NCBI GenBank assembly: GCA_020137815.1
Contig: CM035356.1
Span: 6,138,001-6,202,000 of the forward strand
Direction: 5' to 3'
Length of the DNA: 64,000 bases
Source: Hormiphora californensis
Taxonomy: Eukaryota > Animalia > Ctenophora
Part shown: piece by piece, positions 39,201 to 53,616 of the stretch
Layout: every line of letters begins with the position of its first letter
Position numbering within the stretch: position 1 is the stretch's first letter
Notes under the pieces: model-generated
Databases searched by the model: none
What the model was told of the DNA's origin: nothing
The model's input: the letters and a program-made list of their open reading frames with translations, nothing else
Made by a program: the position numbers and the translations under genes

Positions 39201-42200
39201 TGGTTTAAGTGTTTTAACATTGTGTGACTTTGAATAAAAAGTATTAAATCCGAATCGTTCTTTCTTGACGAAAACAGTTATGTTAGTAAAGGTAAACATG
39301 TAGGCTCAGTTTGGAATAAGAAGTTGAAAAGATCAGGGGCTCTTCGACGAAACTTTAAGCACACTTAATAAATAAGCTCTCTTTAGAGTTACACAAGGAA
39401 AATTTTTCAGACTTGTCTCGAGAGGGGTGTCGTCGAACGCTTTCCAAAACCTCACTTTAGGTCCTTGGTGTGAACCACGTGTATACCACGTGAAGCCCCG
39501 GATCACCCCTCGTGTATGGGTGTAGAAAACCAATCAGGGGATCGAAACTGGACACGTGATAGGATTTCCATTACATGGGTTTACACAGGCGTCAATTTGG
39601 TCACGTGTAGGGTTCACCAGCCAATAGTGTTAGCGAGATATCACACCAGATTGGGGGTGAAGAAGAAGTTTGACTTCCATTTCTCAAGATTCAAGAAATT
39701 TCAAATCTTCAAAACTCTGTGTACTCTTACAGTAGCTGGCAATGAATGTTATAGCAGACAAATAGAGATCTAACATTGATTGTTCATTATCAATTATGAA
39801 AAATCAATAAACCTATACACTAATAACTTGCAATATTATTTAGGCCGGGTAAAATGAATAGATAGGCTGCTAGATGAAGAGATAAACAGTGAAAGTATAG
39901 TAGTAGTTCACTGTTCATCTTGTCCTGCCAGAAGGAAAACAACTGAATTCATCCACATCTTATCTGACTGTGAGAGTCTAATACAGATGGTGTATGCAGT
40001 ATGGGCTTGGCTGAAACCCCAAACTAGTGCCTCAATATTGTGGTTGAGTAGAGATAGCTAACTGGGGGACAAGGAATGCCATTTTATCTTTTTTCTACAT
40101 GCGAGAAGCAAAATATACACTGTTTTGTAGCATCTTTTACTTGCCAGCGCTGTCTTGTCTACCATTAAGTCTCCTCTGGAGGAGACTTAACAAACCTCAC
40201 TTTTCTCGATATTTGAGTGAGATATTGCGTGAACTATGACGTCATTGTCGCTTCAATTTGGCCCAAATCACGTGATTTTACCACGTGATTAGGGGGTTAC
40301 GCAAGGTTTGGAGAGCTTGTGTAAAACTTCACTTACTACCCCTCAATTTTCACTGAGCAAGATTTCTAAAAAGTTTCGTCGACACAAACTATGCTTAAGG
40401 GGTGTGAAAATCAATTAGAAGGTGTGAAAGGAGAGTTACGCAACGTTTTTAAGTGTGCTTAAAGTTTCGTCGAAGAGCCCCAGATCAAAAGTCAGAACTT
40501 GTTGAATTGGAAAGACTTTGGATTGGGGGCAAGATCTCACCAAGAACAGTATCGTCTTTGGATCGAGGAAGAAGATGGCATGGACCCAAAGAGTGCCAGT
40601 CAAATATTTCTTATCCGTAAGTGTTTTAGATAGCAGAAACCACTCCGAGATCACTCGATTTCTTTACTTTAGGATTTAAGTTGTTTGAACCTGTAGAAGA
40701 TCATATCATCCACTGCCACATGGTCATCGTGGGAACACTCAAGTCAGGTCCCTCTCTCTCAGTCAGTTCAGCACAGAGTTGTTGTTCCTTCTACTTTATC
40801 TTTGCACAGGAGGATCACCTTGGATTGCACCTTGAAGTACTTTCCGTTTGAAACTCTCGAACTTGTCCCTGCTGAGATATTGTTCCCCAGCTCCGGTCCT
40901 ATGATCGCGAATGACGTAAAGTGTTAGGTTAGATCTGTACTCTTTCGCCGTTTTGTTCATCGATCTTACAATCGCCTTGATCCTCGTCCTTTGCTTTGAA
41001 ACAGAGCTGCACTCTGCAGGTCGTTGCTCACCTGACCACTGTGTCTAAAGTCAAGATATCTCTCTTCTTCCAAAAAAGCCGATGATGATGTCTCTTACCG
41101 CCCCTAGTCCACACCACATCTGGCTACTACAGATAATGATGGGTATAGTTGAATGTTGATGTGTTATTACCACCGTCATGCTAGGAGCCCTCCCTGCATT
41201 AACACACTGGGCCCCACCTAGTATCGCAGCTTGTTGTCACCCTCCTTTACCCTCGGAAACAGAGAAAAATTCAATGAATAACTTATTAAAAATCTGAATA
41301 AGATGATGATATCACGATAATAATTTATTGAACAAATTGCCGCTCCTTGCTCTGAGCGAAGTGTCTCTTGATTTTGAAGTACATGATGCACTGCCAGAGG
41401 AAGAAGCTAACGATTGTGGGGAGTATCAGACCAAGGATAGCCGCGAGGATTAGGGACAAGTCGTCAATTAGATGCTGGGAAAGAGTATCATCATGTCATG
41501 GAGATCTTCGAGATCACTTATAGAATATGCTACTAAGATTTAGATGTGTATTATAACAGCAGAAAACAGAAAACTTGCTGCGTGTTCCAAAGGTTTGAAA
41601 GCTAGCTGAGTGCTCAGGGTTCTCTCTTGTAATTTCTCAGGGCCCAGTGCCCCAATCTTTCAAATACCCAAAAGGTGAATATTATTGACTCAGGGTAATG
41701 TATCCCTTTGTTCGGTCAGATGAAAGTAAAACTAACACCTGTGCCGCACGTGCCCATGATCCCTCCACCTAGCAACTTTCTCTCACACTCACATTTATTC
41801 GATTAATCTACTTCACAGTTCACACTTTTTCTTCTATGATCTCACGGTTGCAAATTATCCAACTAAATAGTCCATATTACTAAGCCATGCGGTTTTCACT
41901 AAAGTTTTAGTTAGCCACCTAGGAGTACCCAGATAATTTTATAAGAAAATCCCTGCTGTTCTCTCTCACTTTAATTGGCACGGTCTGCAGTGTAGGTTTT
42001 ATGAATTAAATATCTTTTGGCACAAAGTCCCATATAACCCTGGAAATACATCAGAAGAGGGTGGTGTTTTAAGAATTTGCAGCGGCTGACTCGAAGTATC
42101 GTCGGATCTTCACGTAAGTTAGCACTTGGAGGATGATACAGCTAGCAATCCCAGGGAAGACTAACCCAATTGAAGCAGCAGCAATGGCCTCATCCACACG

Positions 42201-45200
42201 TAGCTTGTTTGTTTGTTTGGTTAATATATTTGATAGTTTGTGCTAGCCGAGAGTTTCAGCTGTATATAAAGTCCCTGCAATCAGCGCATGCTCAACAAAT
42301 CTCAAAGAGTGATCTTGAAGGGGAGCTGGTGTGAGAAAATTCCCTTGTGTATTCTCAGGTAGAGGATGGTGAAATAGATGAGGAGGGAGCAGATGGCTGG
42401 GGAGCACAAACCCAAAATAGCACATAGTACAGCCATCGATATGTCGTAATGAGTCAGCTGGGGAATGCAGTTTGGGTAGCGGCGGCCCCGAACTCGAAGA
42501 GTGAAGGGGGAGGGGCACTATAACATTATAACTGTATAAAGAATACCCATAAATCAACAAAATCAAGAATGGTATTTTATGTTTTTCAGCGATATTACTA
42601 TAGCTCAGCTTCATGTTTTTCAGCGATATAACTACTAGCTCAGCTTCATGTTTTTCAGCGATATAATAACTAGCTCAGCTCTTCATGCGTTTTGTTACCT
42701 TGTCATCGCACCACACCGTTGCATCGATCAGTACTTCGTGTTTTATCCGTTCACTCTCAAACGTTGCAATCGTGTTGTTCTTCACGGCAATGTAGAACCT
42801 CACCACACAATTCGTCTCATTATCGTTATTCTCTCCACAGTTTATCACCTAAATTCATTTGCTCGTCACGGATATTATTTAAGTGAGAGTGGACAGAAAC
42901 AGAATTGGACGAGATTGTTGTAGGTAGTAGAGAGTAAAGCTCTCCAAGCATTTTGTGTTTTCCCGCTCTCATAAGACATATTTATCGCTGAGATACAATT
43001 TTATAGAACGGGGTCTGTTGACGGACCTGGCTATCGAAATTTGGATCGTTGAAGATATCCTCCTCAAGATTTGGTATTGTCCTGTACACATCTGTATCAA
43101 TGTCATTGCAGTGCTTGGAACAGGTTTCCCCGTTCTCGGTATCTGTATCCATCCTGAGAGAATTAATGTTAGGATTAGAACTGTGGTTACTTGATCGAGC
43201 CACTTGAGCTAGTCGTAGTGCCAGGAACCGACCGACACAAGTAAACAACCCATCAGAACTCGTTATTTAGGTCACGTGACTGGTTATCGGCCAATCAGGG
43301 ACCAGTATTGATTCGGTCGGTTCCTGGTTGCTAAATAATGTAGTAGTACCTGAGAGTTCTGCACAAGACACAGTCGATGTGGGTCTGGCATCGTAGAGGT
43401 CCACACAGGTCACAGATCTCGCAATATTTGCCTCTAAAGGGGGAGGAATTCGGGTTAGGCTGAGTTTAAACCTAGTTTTAATGGTATCATATAAATGTGA
43501 TTTAGACCTTGCTAATATATTAAAGGTGTACCTATGTTTCGGTCCACATTGACACTTCCCGCAGACGCACTCTCCATTTCCAGAGCACACCTGCCCCGAT
43601 CCATCTGAAACAGAATCACATGGGGGCTGGTTAGAACTACAGCTGAGCAGCTCAGCTGTTCTAACCAGCCTGAGCGCACAACTTGTCCAGGGTACAATAT
43701 ACCAGGATTTGAAGAGGATTTGAAGAGGATTTGAAGAGGATTTGAACAAGATTTAATCGGGATTTAATCAGGATTTGAACAGGATTTAATCGGGATTTAC
43801 AGTGTAAATTTTACCTGCTATACATTCATCCTGGCTGACGGCACAGTCACACGCACTTCCAGTCACTGCAACTGTCTTCTTCGCGACACCCCATCTTGTT
43901 ACATTACAGTTACAAGTCCCACACTCACAGAATCCCGCTCCCGAGCAAATCTGAACACGGGTAAGCTGTTATAATATACTGTTCACCACATGACTATATG
44001 TTTGATTATATTCGAGAAAAAGTTGGCTTCCCTTCCAGTCATATTCTTAAAGGTATTTGATTATGTTTGCACTGCACTTACCTCTCCATTGGGTCCCTTC
44101 GGACACTCGTAGTTGTTGCACTCGCAGAACTCTCCATAGTCTACATAAGGTCGGATCTCACTGGGAGGTGTCTCGGGTTGTCGGCACTCACACACCCCAC
44201 ACTCACATCTGCCTCGTGAACTACAGATCTGGTGGAAGTGTGGAAGTTTAAAAAAATTCAATCACGGGCACTGTTAGGCCAATGCTCTCACCACGGATCT
44301 GGTGGAAGAGCTAGGTTACTCATGACCTCCCTCTGCCCGCGATCAGAAAGAAACAGGCGGGTACTATCAAGGAAGAGTGAACGTATTTAAAATTCAATCA
44401 CGGGCAGCATGCATTGGGTGTTCAGAATTAATGAAGATTTCTAATTTACCCTTTGCTGGTCGGTTATCGACGAAATGGCATTTGTCTTGAATGTCTTTTG
44501 CAATGTTTCCCTGTCCTTTGGTCTGCACTGGTCTAGGAACACCGGGTCATCCACTGTTCCATCAGAACAGTTACAATTGTCACCATAGTAACCCTTATAG
44601 CAATGACATGCCCCACAGACAAGATCCCCCCTGTTCATACATCTATCATCCGCGATCAGGGTCTCACACTGGCATTTACACTGCGTTGTAACCTCGACAA
44701 ACACCGTGGAGAAACCTAAGAAAATGTAGATGATGTTACGTAATCATGGTAACTATTAACTAATAAAAGGTGACCATGGTAACTATTAACTAATATTCGG
44801 TAACCATGGTAACTAGTAACTAATGATAGGTAACCATGGTAACTGATACCTGTCACAACGATGGGAACGGTCAATGCATCAGGTGTGTTCTCATTGCATT
44901 CGTCGAAGGAAAATGTGACATTAAACTCCACCGTCTGACCGTACTTGATACCGGCACAGGCATTACTTCCGTTTCGTTGGAGGCAAAGAGGCTCCAGCTT
45001 GACATCAATACCATAGGCATCCAGAATAACTGGAAACATTATAATATGTTAACAATAAAACACTTTACACGGATTCTGTCCTTCTACTTACCTGTCATAC
45101 CAAAGCTCTGACCTTGGTTCTCGCACGCTCGGAGAATAGGGTCAGGCCAATTATTCTCTCCTTACCTAAGTTAATGGTCGTTGTGATTCTCTCTAGGCTC

Positions 45201-47608
45201 CTCCTGACAACATCAACCAAGTTGGACCCATCTGACGACAACAAACCTAAAAAGTAGCAGACAATGGATTACTTGGCAGCTCACCAAACAACATATGTAT
45301 TATCATTACAATCGGACCCCGATTTACTGGGATCCTCGGGGGAAAAGGTTTTGCCCGGTAAATCGGGGTGCACCTTGATCTTTTATGAAACAAAATGCGG
45401 TGTGATCTATAACACTAGGTTCACCTACCAACACTGGATAGTTGAGTGAGATGGTCGGATAACTTCCTGTAGTCATTATAAACCCGGTCCCCTACTGCGA
45501 ATATCGGTATAATATCGGACCGGATCAGCTGATTGTTCATCTGTAAACACGGGTTAAATGTTGGGGTGTTGACTTTCAATTAGTTCCTTCGCACCTTTCT
45601 CTCCACCCTTTACAATTAATGTAAAGGCAGGTTAGAACATAACAAATAGTTCTATGATCCTGACTTATGATCTACCCTCACTTAGTAGTGTGAGCCACAC
45701 AGTTACTAACCTGTTCAATAGTCTAGTATCTCACCTGTTCTATTGAAGGATAGTCCATGAGAAGGCTTCTGGTATACTCCCCCACGGAGGGCGTGTAACA
45801 TTCGTGATCGTTTGGATCAAATATGCCCCCTAATGCCCCATCCCCAGCTATATGCGTTCCCTGGTCTGTCATGTAGATCACAATCTTTCGGGAGTTATTC
45901 CTGAACCCTATACCAGGAATTGGATCTTTATTAAAGTAGCCGGAATTGGATCTTTATTAGCCTAAACGGTCCCTAAACGATATTATGCGGCTGTAATATC
46001 TCGACTGATATATCCGAGTTGTCCTGGTACGACGGGGAGCGAATCGCTAACAAGTAATCCTCATGGTAATGACCCCAGACTGCAGGGTCTGTTAACAGTA
46101 ATTACTTCAAAGGTAGATGGGTTCACCAAACTATAGCTGCCGCTTACCGAATCGCTCTTTACATGCGGTGACCTGCATAAGAGCGTCGAATCCACCTTCA
46201 TCATCATCAATATTACTGCTCACTCTCAACTTCCCTAAAATCCTAGGAGGGAGAGAGATGTAAAATGTTTCTTGTGAGAACACAGTGAAAACATAGTAAA
46301 CACACATAACAGGAACCGACCGAATCTGGAAATACTGGTCCCTGATTGGCTGATAACCAGTCACGTGACCTAAATAACGAGTTCTGATTGGTTTTTTACT
46401 TGTGTCGGTCGGTTCCTGGCACATAAAGTTTTGCACTTACTCCTCAAAGAATGTGAGGTTGTTAGAAAGGAGCATCTCGTTCCTAAACGAGTAGGACGCC
46501 TCGCATTTTGAGTTCTGTGGAAGAAGATAAGAGATGGTGAGAACACTAAAGTTAGTAATAATATCAGCCTTCTTTTCTTTTTTAGTATTTATTACAGAAG
46601 ACTGTTACAGCGTATACGACATTACTGACTCACGTAGTATGAAAATCCTAGTGATACTTACGGGATCAGAAGGGTTAGAAGAGTTCAAACAGGGGTTAAC
46701 ACTCTTCAAAGGATCCACATAAGAGTAGGGGGAAGTTGGTTTGTCTACAAATGTTCCCAGTCCGATCTGAAAGTTCTCTGAAACAGCCCGAAACTGGTCG
46801 GTTAGATCGGCTGCCAGAAGTCTAAGGTTCTCTAAATCGTCTTCCATACTGCAGAGAAAATGATGAGGTGAATTTTAGGTCCAAAATATGTTTCCAATAA
46901 ATTGCCAGAAAATACTAAAAATAGGTCACATTTCTTCTTGAGGCAAGCATGTTTTATGAAAGATAGTGGTTTCGTAGCAGAAAGCTGTCTGCTGAATAAC
47001 TTTTTTGCAGTTCTCGTCACCTCACTGAGAATGGGTCAGGCCAATGCTCTGACAGTCACCTCACCTGTTGGAAAAGTCCATGAGAAAGTAAGAGTCGATG
47101 GGGTAGCTCTGCTGGGGTCTCACAGATATTGTCTGTGTGACAGGCATCTTTGGACGCAAGTGGACGTCTATCTGCTGAGGTCGTACCTGTATAAAATAGA
47201 GGGGCAAGATATCAATATTATAGTTTGTTCAATTTTTCGATCATCAAAATTGGAACATATTTGCTGCTGAAGTGAACCTGAATAGTTTTGTCCAGTGTGC
47301 TGTCAGAGATCAGAGATATGGAACTTTCTGGATACTTTAGGTCTTTACACGTTCCCTTCAAATACACTGCATCTTTCATAAAACACCTTGAATGTACAGA
47401 TCAAATCAGAGTTTTATCCGAAATATATCATCTAAAATGTGTGAAAGACTCTCTCTTGTTACCTCATGTCATCCCAATCGAGGTCAGCACACCAAGCACA
47501 CTCTGGGAAGTTCTGTATGCAGTCTGAACATGTCTTCTGTAGTACACAACTATCCTGAGACACCACCACCTGCAACACGGTGAGCAGGGCCAGCAATGGC
47601 TTCTTCAT
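36292..47608 (-). CDS. ITGB: Integrin beta subunit
   Basis: Signal peptide + PSI (CSDCIQNFPECAWC), MIDAS DFSNSMEDD, GLGTFVDK, SSNIDDDEGGFDALMQ, Cys-rich I-EGF repeats, beta-tail exon 42699-42848, TM exon 37584-37726 (LWKL...DEREYLKF), tail exon 36292-36451 (SPIF...NPIY). Confidence 0.93.
36555..37590. repeat. 43-bp minisatellite (~24 copies) in the last integrin intron
   Basis: Unit AACAACTTACTTTGTCATGTTCGACCCTCCCTTTGAACAAAAC; no unique spacers. Confidence 0.95.
39069..39145 (+). tRNA. tRNA-like element (pseudogene or SINE head), isotype not assignable
   Basis: 7-bp acceptor stem GGGTTTG/CAAACCC, A-box TAGCTTAGTGG, B-box GGTTCAATTCC, T-run after; irregular anticodon arm. Confidence 0.55.
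39336..40481. mobile_element. Non-autonomous DNA transposon, ~33-bp TIR, 6-bp TSD
   Basis: TIR GGGGCTCTTCGACGAAACTTTAAGCACACTTAA at both ends; AGATCA on both flanks. Confidence 0.88.
41325..41474 (-). CDS. Integrin beta alternative terminal TM exon C
   Basis: ctttcccag acceptor, phase 0, HLIDDLSLILAAILGLILPTIVSFFLWQCIMYFKIKRHFAQSKERQFVQ*, AATAAA overlapping the stop. Confidence 0.75.
   Translation of the reverse strand, partial: HLIDDLSLILAAILGLILPTIVSFFLWQCIMYFKIKRHFAQSKERQFVQ
42069..42203 (-). CDS. Integrin beta alternative terminal TM exon B
   Basis: Weak aacaag acceptor, phase 0, LRVDEAIAAASIGLVFPGIASCIILQVLTYVKIRRYFESAAANS*. Confidence 0.6.
   Translation of the reverse strand, partial: LRVDEAIAAASIGLVFPGIASCIILQVLTYVKIRRYFESAAANS
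42302..42457 (-). CDS. Integrin beta alternative terminal TM exon A
   Basis: ttccccag acceptor, phase 0, LTHYDISMAVLCAILGLCSPAICSLLIYFTILYLRIHKGIFSHQLPFKITL*. Confidence 0.72.
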   Translation of the reverse strand: MTHYDISMAVLCAILGLCSPAICSLLIYFTILYLRIHKGIFSHQLPFKITL

Positions 47609-48329
47609 AGCTGTGAAATAATTTGAATATCAGGATTGAAACTGCTCAAATAACAACATTTAGAGTCTGATCAATCAGTCACAAACAGATAATATATCAA
47701 AGGAAGGTAGATATAGGCAATGTATCACGTATACGCGGTGTAACAAAACAAAACGCTCACAATTAGCCGGGGTTAGTATACGATTAGTTGCAAAGTAATC
47801 CTACACAAATCGCCGTTTCTTTCTCTCTCTTCCTTTCACTAGTCTCTCTCAATCTCTCGCTCTGATCTAAACTACAGAAGGCGGAAGCGTGGCGAGAATC
47901 TCTCCATCTCCCATCTCTCCATTTCTCTTATATGTAGATTATATTCGGTCTTTGTAATTGTAGGATTGGACATCTCATATATCGAAAAAAAAGTGGGGAT
48001 TTAGTGTGCATTTTACTATACTGACTGTGAGAGGTATAATATGATAGGAGCTACCACTAATTGGTCATTATAAAATTACTGTCAAGATATTATTATATCA
48101 GAGGATTTTTGATCCTGTACTTGAGGAACACGTATGGAAACCTACAAACAAAAGCAACTGAGCAAGATGTACAGTTGGTAATGGAAGATCTATGTGTGAA
48201 ATGATATGCTCTTAAACCCGTTTACTCTCTCCCCTATCTCTCTCTCTCTATATGCTCGTTCCTGTGCAAACCGGAAATAAGCAAAGTCGTACATACAATA
48301 AACCCGAGGCACCTTTTGATCCATCTTTC

Positions 48330-49040
<711 letters not shown>

Positions 49041-49842
49041 TCTTTGTTACTATCACATCTTCCTATTACATTTCCTGTCCACGCTTCACACTACCGAATT
49101 GGGCAGGAATTTCGAACTGTCAACGAATACAATTGTGTTTAGCGATCAAAAAATAAAAGAAAAAGATCCGAAACAAACTAAGATTAATGCCATTAAAGTA
49201 AGTGCTGTTCCATTGGAAAACGAACAGTGTGTACAGGAACTGTCAGGAATTATAAACACACCAATTTACACGTCACAAGACAGTGCAACAATTGCAAACC
49301 TCAAGAAATAAAAAATAAAAATCTTTATACCCTGGGTATTATTATGGGAATTACCGGCCCATAATCAATAGCAAATCTTGTTTTGTCGAACAAGGTAAAG
49401 CAAATCTGCCAATTTCTTGAACGAAAAAAAGCAGTATTTTATGTCAGATTATATACACACTGTGTAGCCAGTCTACCAGGCTGCTGAGAGGTTACTTCTG
49501 TTTGTACACAAACAATAACACTGTGTATACAGTACACAATTGTTATACACAACAAGTTTAGATTGTGGTAAAGACGGACGCGGGAACCCCATCTACATCT
49601 AATAGATGGGGTTCTCGCGTCCGATGGCATCTATACCCAAGAACAATAATACAGGAACAGAATCAGATAGCTATACACCTGCAGCTAGGTAGTAATTAAC
49701 GAAGAGATGTATACACATCATCATACGGGATGGGAGCAGCAGCAGTAAAAGCAGGATATGTAGGCATACTAACGAGCCATATATGCACGTGCACCAAATG
49801 TGTGAGAAAGGGAGAAAGAGGGAGAGAGAGAAAGAGAAGGGG

Positions 49843-50110
<268 letters not shown>

Positions 50111-51241
50111 AAAGGAGTGAGAGTGGGTGAGAAAAGGAGTGAGAGTGGGTAAGCGACAAACAGATGTTAAAGCAAGTATGTATTTGTTATAGCTAAGTTA
50201 AAAATTTAGTGCAAATCCGAAAAGGTCTTTGTAACATGGCAGCAAATGCTGTCAGTTTTTCCTCTAATTAAGTATGCTGCAAGTTGTGTAGACTTTTTGC
50301 AGACTGGAGGCCTGAAATAAAATGAGATATGCGTGTGTGAAGTTTTGGGAGGATTGCTCCACAAACTACTGAGATTTTAAGATAACTTGATCATGTGATT
50401 GGTTGTTTCGTTCACCCCTTACTCAACAAGAGATTGGAGGAAGCAGGTCACCTGACACTGTGTCTGCGCTCTGCCTTGCAAAGTATGAACAATTCAAGTC
50501 ACTGCCTTAAAATGTAGCTAGCTGCAGACTGAGACAATAAAATGGCCACTCCAATATCCCTCCTGATATGGAAGAGATCTGATATAATTGTTTCCTGTTA
50601 GATCCTATCTGTTTCAGAATCTCAGTGAGGCCTGAATTCAGATACAATGGTCATGATAGATTTCCTAATTACATACTAAAAGATCTACAAATCAATACTG
50701 TACTACAGTACAAAACAATGCGATGAGATATTGACAGTGCAGTAAGATATCTGAAATAGTTTTGTGGTTTGATAATGAGAGTTAATTATAATCGGATCAT
50801 ACAGTATGGAGTAATATAGAGATTCAGAATATCCTGAGAATTTTCTTTCAGAAGTTATTCTTAGTTCAAATACAAAATATCAGTTGTATAAATGCAAAAT
50901 ATTAACTAATTCATGATGAATTATTCATCGTGTAAGATTCAACTAGACACCATGCCTGTCGTTTGGATTTTTTGATCTAGGGTATCTCTTTAAGTTTTGT
51001 CGCTGTCTGTAGCACATTTGTTCTGTGCAGTCTGGAGACTTTTACCCTTTCTCCTTCTCAAGTGTGTGAGAGTGTACAGTTTGTTTCTTGGATCAAATGT
51101 TTTGTTGTTATTTGACTTGGACCGATCCAATCCCAAATATATTAGCACTGTCGTTTCTACTTTCACTGGTTTCTTTTAGAAATCATCGAGACACGCCCCT
51201 CCCCTAATATAATTGACTTTTGTATAGTTCCCAGTACCAAT

Positions 51242-53463
51242 ATGCACACACCAAGTACTGCGGAGAGTTGTGTAGTGTTTTTCTTTATTGTCGGCATTAC
51301 TTTTGGTGGAGGGTTTGCTACCACCCTTCTTACTACTGCAGACGATGGCGACGATTGGTAGGTTTAGATAAAGGGGGGTACTACTGGATTAGGGGAACTC
51401 TAACTGAATGGACCCGCAGTAATGGCGTCCCATCAACGGTAAAACTCTAACTAATTAGAGTTTTACCGTTGATGGGACGCCAGTACTGTGTGTCCATTCA
51501 GTTTCCCCTAATGGTAGGATTAGATATTGTTGTAACACTGGAGATTGGTTGTTTGGCCGATCCGATCTGAGCACACTGTCACGAGAATCAAAACGGGGTC
51601 TGGCGGGGCCAGACAGGTAGGTATACAGTTTGGTTTGGTTTGGTTTGGACCACTCATCTGGGACTGTAAACTTTTCCTCCAGTCGTCTCTGCAGTAGTAG
51701 GAAATGGGTTGTTTTTCACTTCTTAGGTCTACCTCTCCACCCAATAATAGCCATTAGGTCTACCTCTCCACCCAATAGCCATTAGGTCTACCTACCTCTC
51801 CACCCAATAGCCATTAGGTCTACCTACCTCTCCACCCAATAGCCATTAGGTCTACCTACCTCTCCACCCAATAGCCATTAGGTATACCTACCTCTCCACC
51901 CAATAGCCATTAGGTCTACCTACCTCTCCACCCAATAGCCATTAGGTCTACCTACCTCTCCACCCAATAGCCATTAGGTCTACCTACCTCTCCACCCAAT
52001 AGCCATTAGGTCTACCTACCTCTCCACCCAATAGCCATTAGGTCTACCTACCTCTCCACCCAATAGCCATTAGGTCTACCTACCTCTCCACCCAATAGCC
52101 ATTAGGTCTACCTACCTCTCCACCCAATAGCCATGCACACACCAAGTACAGCAGAGAGTTGTGTTGTGTTCACCTTTATATTGGGTGTCACACTTGGGGG
52201 AAGTTACATTACCAGTGCCCTAACTATGGCGGACGATGGAGATGACTGGTAGGTGTATGTACAAGGTGGCCCATAAATTATGATAGCGGGGGACGAACCG
52301 TACCTCCGAAACGGGGCTCGTCCCCCGCTATCATAATTTATGGAAGGTGTTCCCCTGGGCTATCTGGCACTGCAGACCCCATCTGAGAATCAAATCGGGG
52401 TTTGGTGCCGCCAGACAGCCCCTGAGCATGTGTGTGTACAGTAGTTTTTTTTGGAAAACCAGGCTAGTAGATAACAGTGTAGTTAGCAGATAGATAGTGC
52501 AGTTAACAGAGTGTGCAACAGCAGTAGTTAACAGCTAGTTAACAGCTAGTTAACAGACAGATAGTGCTTAACATTTAACAATCAACAATGTGTGCAGTAG
52601 TTGTTAACAGCAATTCTTCGTGCAGGTATGAGGATTTAGAGAAGCCAAGTTGGACTCCACCCAACACTGTATTCGGACCTGTTTGGGCGGCACTTTACTT
52701 CCTCATGGCCGTGGCAGGTGTGTTTTTCAAGTTATCTGTTTTTTAGATTTTTAGAACCTATTTACTCAACCCTATTTACTCAACCCCCCCCCCCCCTTTC
52801 AGCGTTCATGGTTTGGCGTAGAGGTGGATTTATGAAGCAAGCCCTGCCCCTATCTGTCTATTCTGTCCAGCTGGTAGCTAACTTCTCGTGGGTATTTATC
52901 TATCTTGAAGCCAAGGACCTTCTTGCTGTAAGTTTATTCAGAGAAAAAGGGGCATAACTTGAAACTTCCTGTATTTGTTCATCCCAGGGCTGCTTTTACA
53001 GGCCTCCATATTTCCCGCGGTATCAATGCAGTAACGCGCGGTGACACTGTGGAGATGAAAGAGCCCGCGCACAGCTCCATGCTGCGCCGCGCACTGATAA
53101 GAACTGACTTACTGACGATACTGTCCTCCCCTCACAAAATCACCCTCACTCACGTGACTTTTCCCAGGCGTTTGTGGAATTGTGTTGTCTGTGGGTGCTT
53201 ATACTAATTACTGCTGTACTTTTTGGAAGGGTCCGACGTGCATCAGGTATGTGGCATGATAATTCTGATTCGCCTAATTAGGTAACACAAGTGAATGGGT
53301 AGACACCTGCAGTTCTAAACATGACAATGACACAATGACACACTCTCCCCCAGCGTTCCTCTTGATTCCCTATCTGATATGGGTCTTCTTTGCCGGGTCC
53401 CTTAACTACGAACTGTGGAGACTTAACAAGGACAATAACAGTACAAATACGACATCACATTGA
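51242..53463 (+). CDS. TSPO: Translocator protein (TSPO/MBR family) with two alternative first exons
   Basis: Exon 1a 51242-51357 or 1b 52133-52248, then 52627-52717 ([25 protein letters not shown]), 52803-52927 (QLVANFSW), 53168-53246, 53354-53463 ([22 protein letters not shown]). Confidence 0.9.
51725..52135. repeat. 32-bp minisatellite ending at TSPO exon 1b ATG
   Basis: Unit ATTAGGTCTACCTACCTCTCCACCCAATAGCC, about 12 copies. Confidence 0.95.
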
Positions 53464-53585
53464 GTGAAACTTCTGATTTTATCCTTTTTAAATGACAATT
53501 AAGACGACCTGATATGATAAAAAAGAGTTTAACATTATGACACAACACTAAAAGCATCTGTTTTTACCCAATTTACTTGCAGCTC

Positions 53586-53616
<31 letters not shown>

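Noticed and set aside
39960-41260. Further alternative integrin TM exons or a nested gene
   Set aside because: Candidate frames contain stops or lack a clear TM helix; cannot be supported
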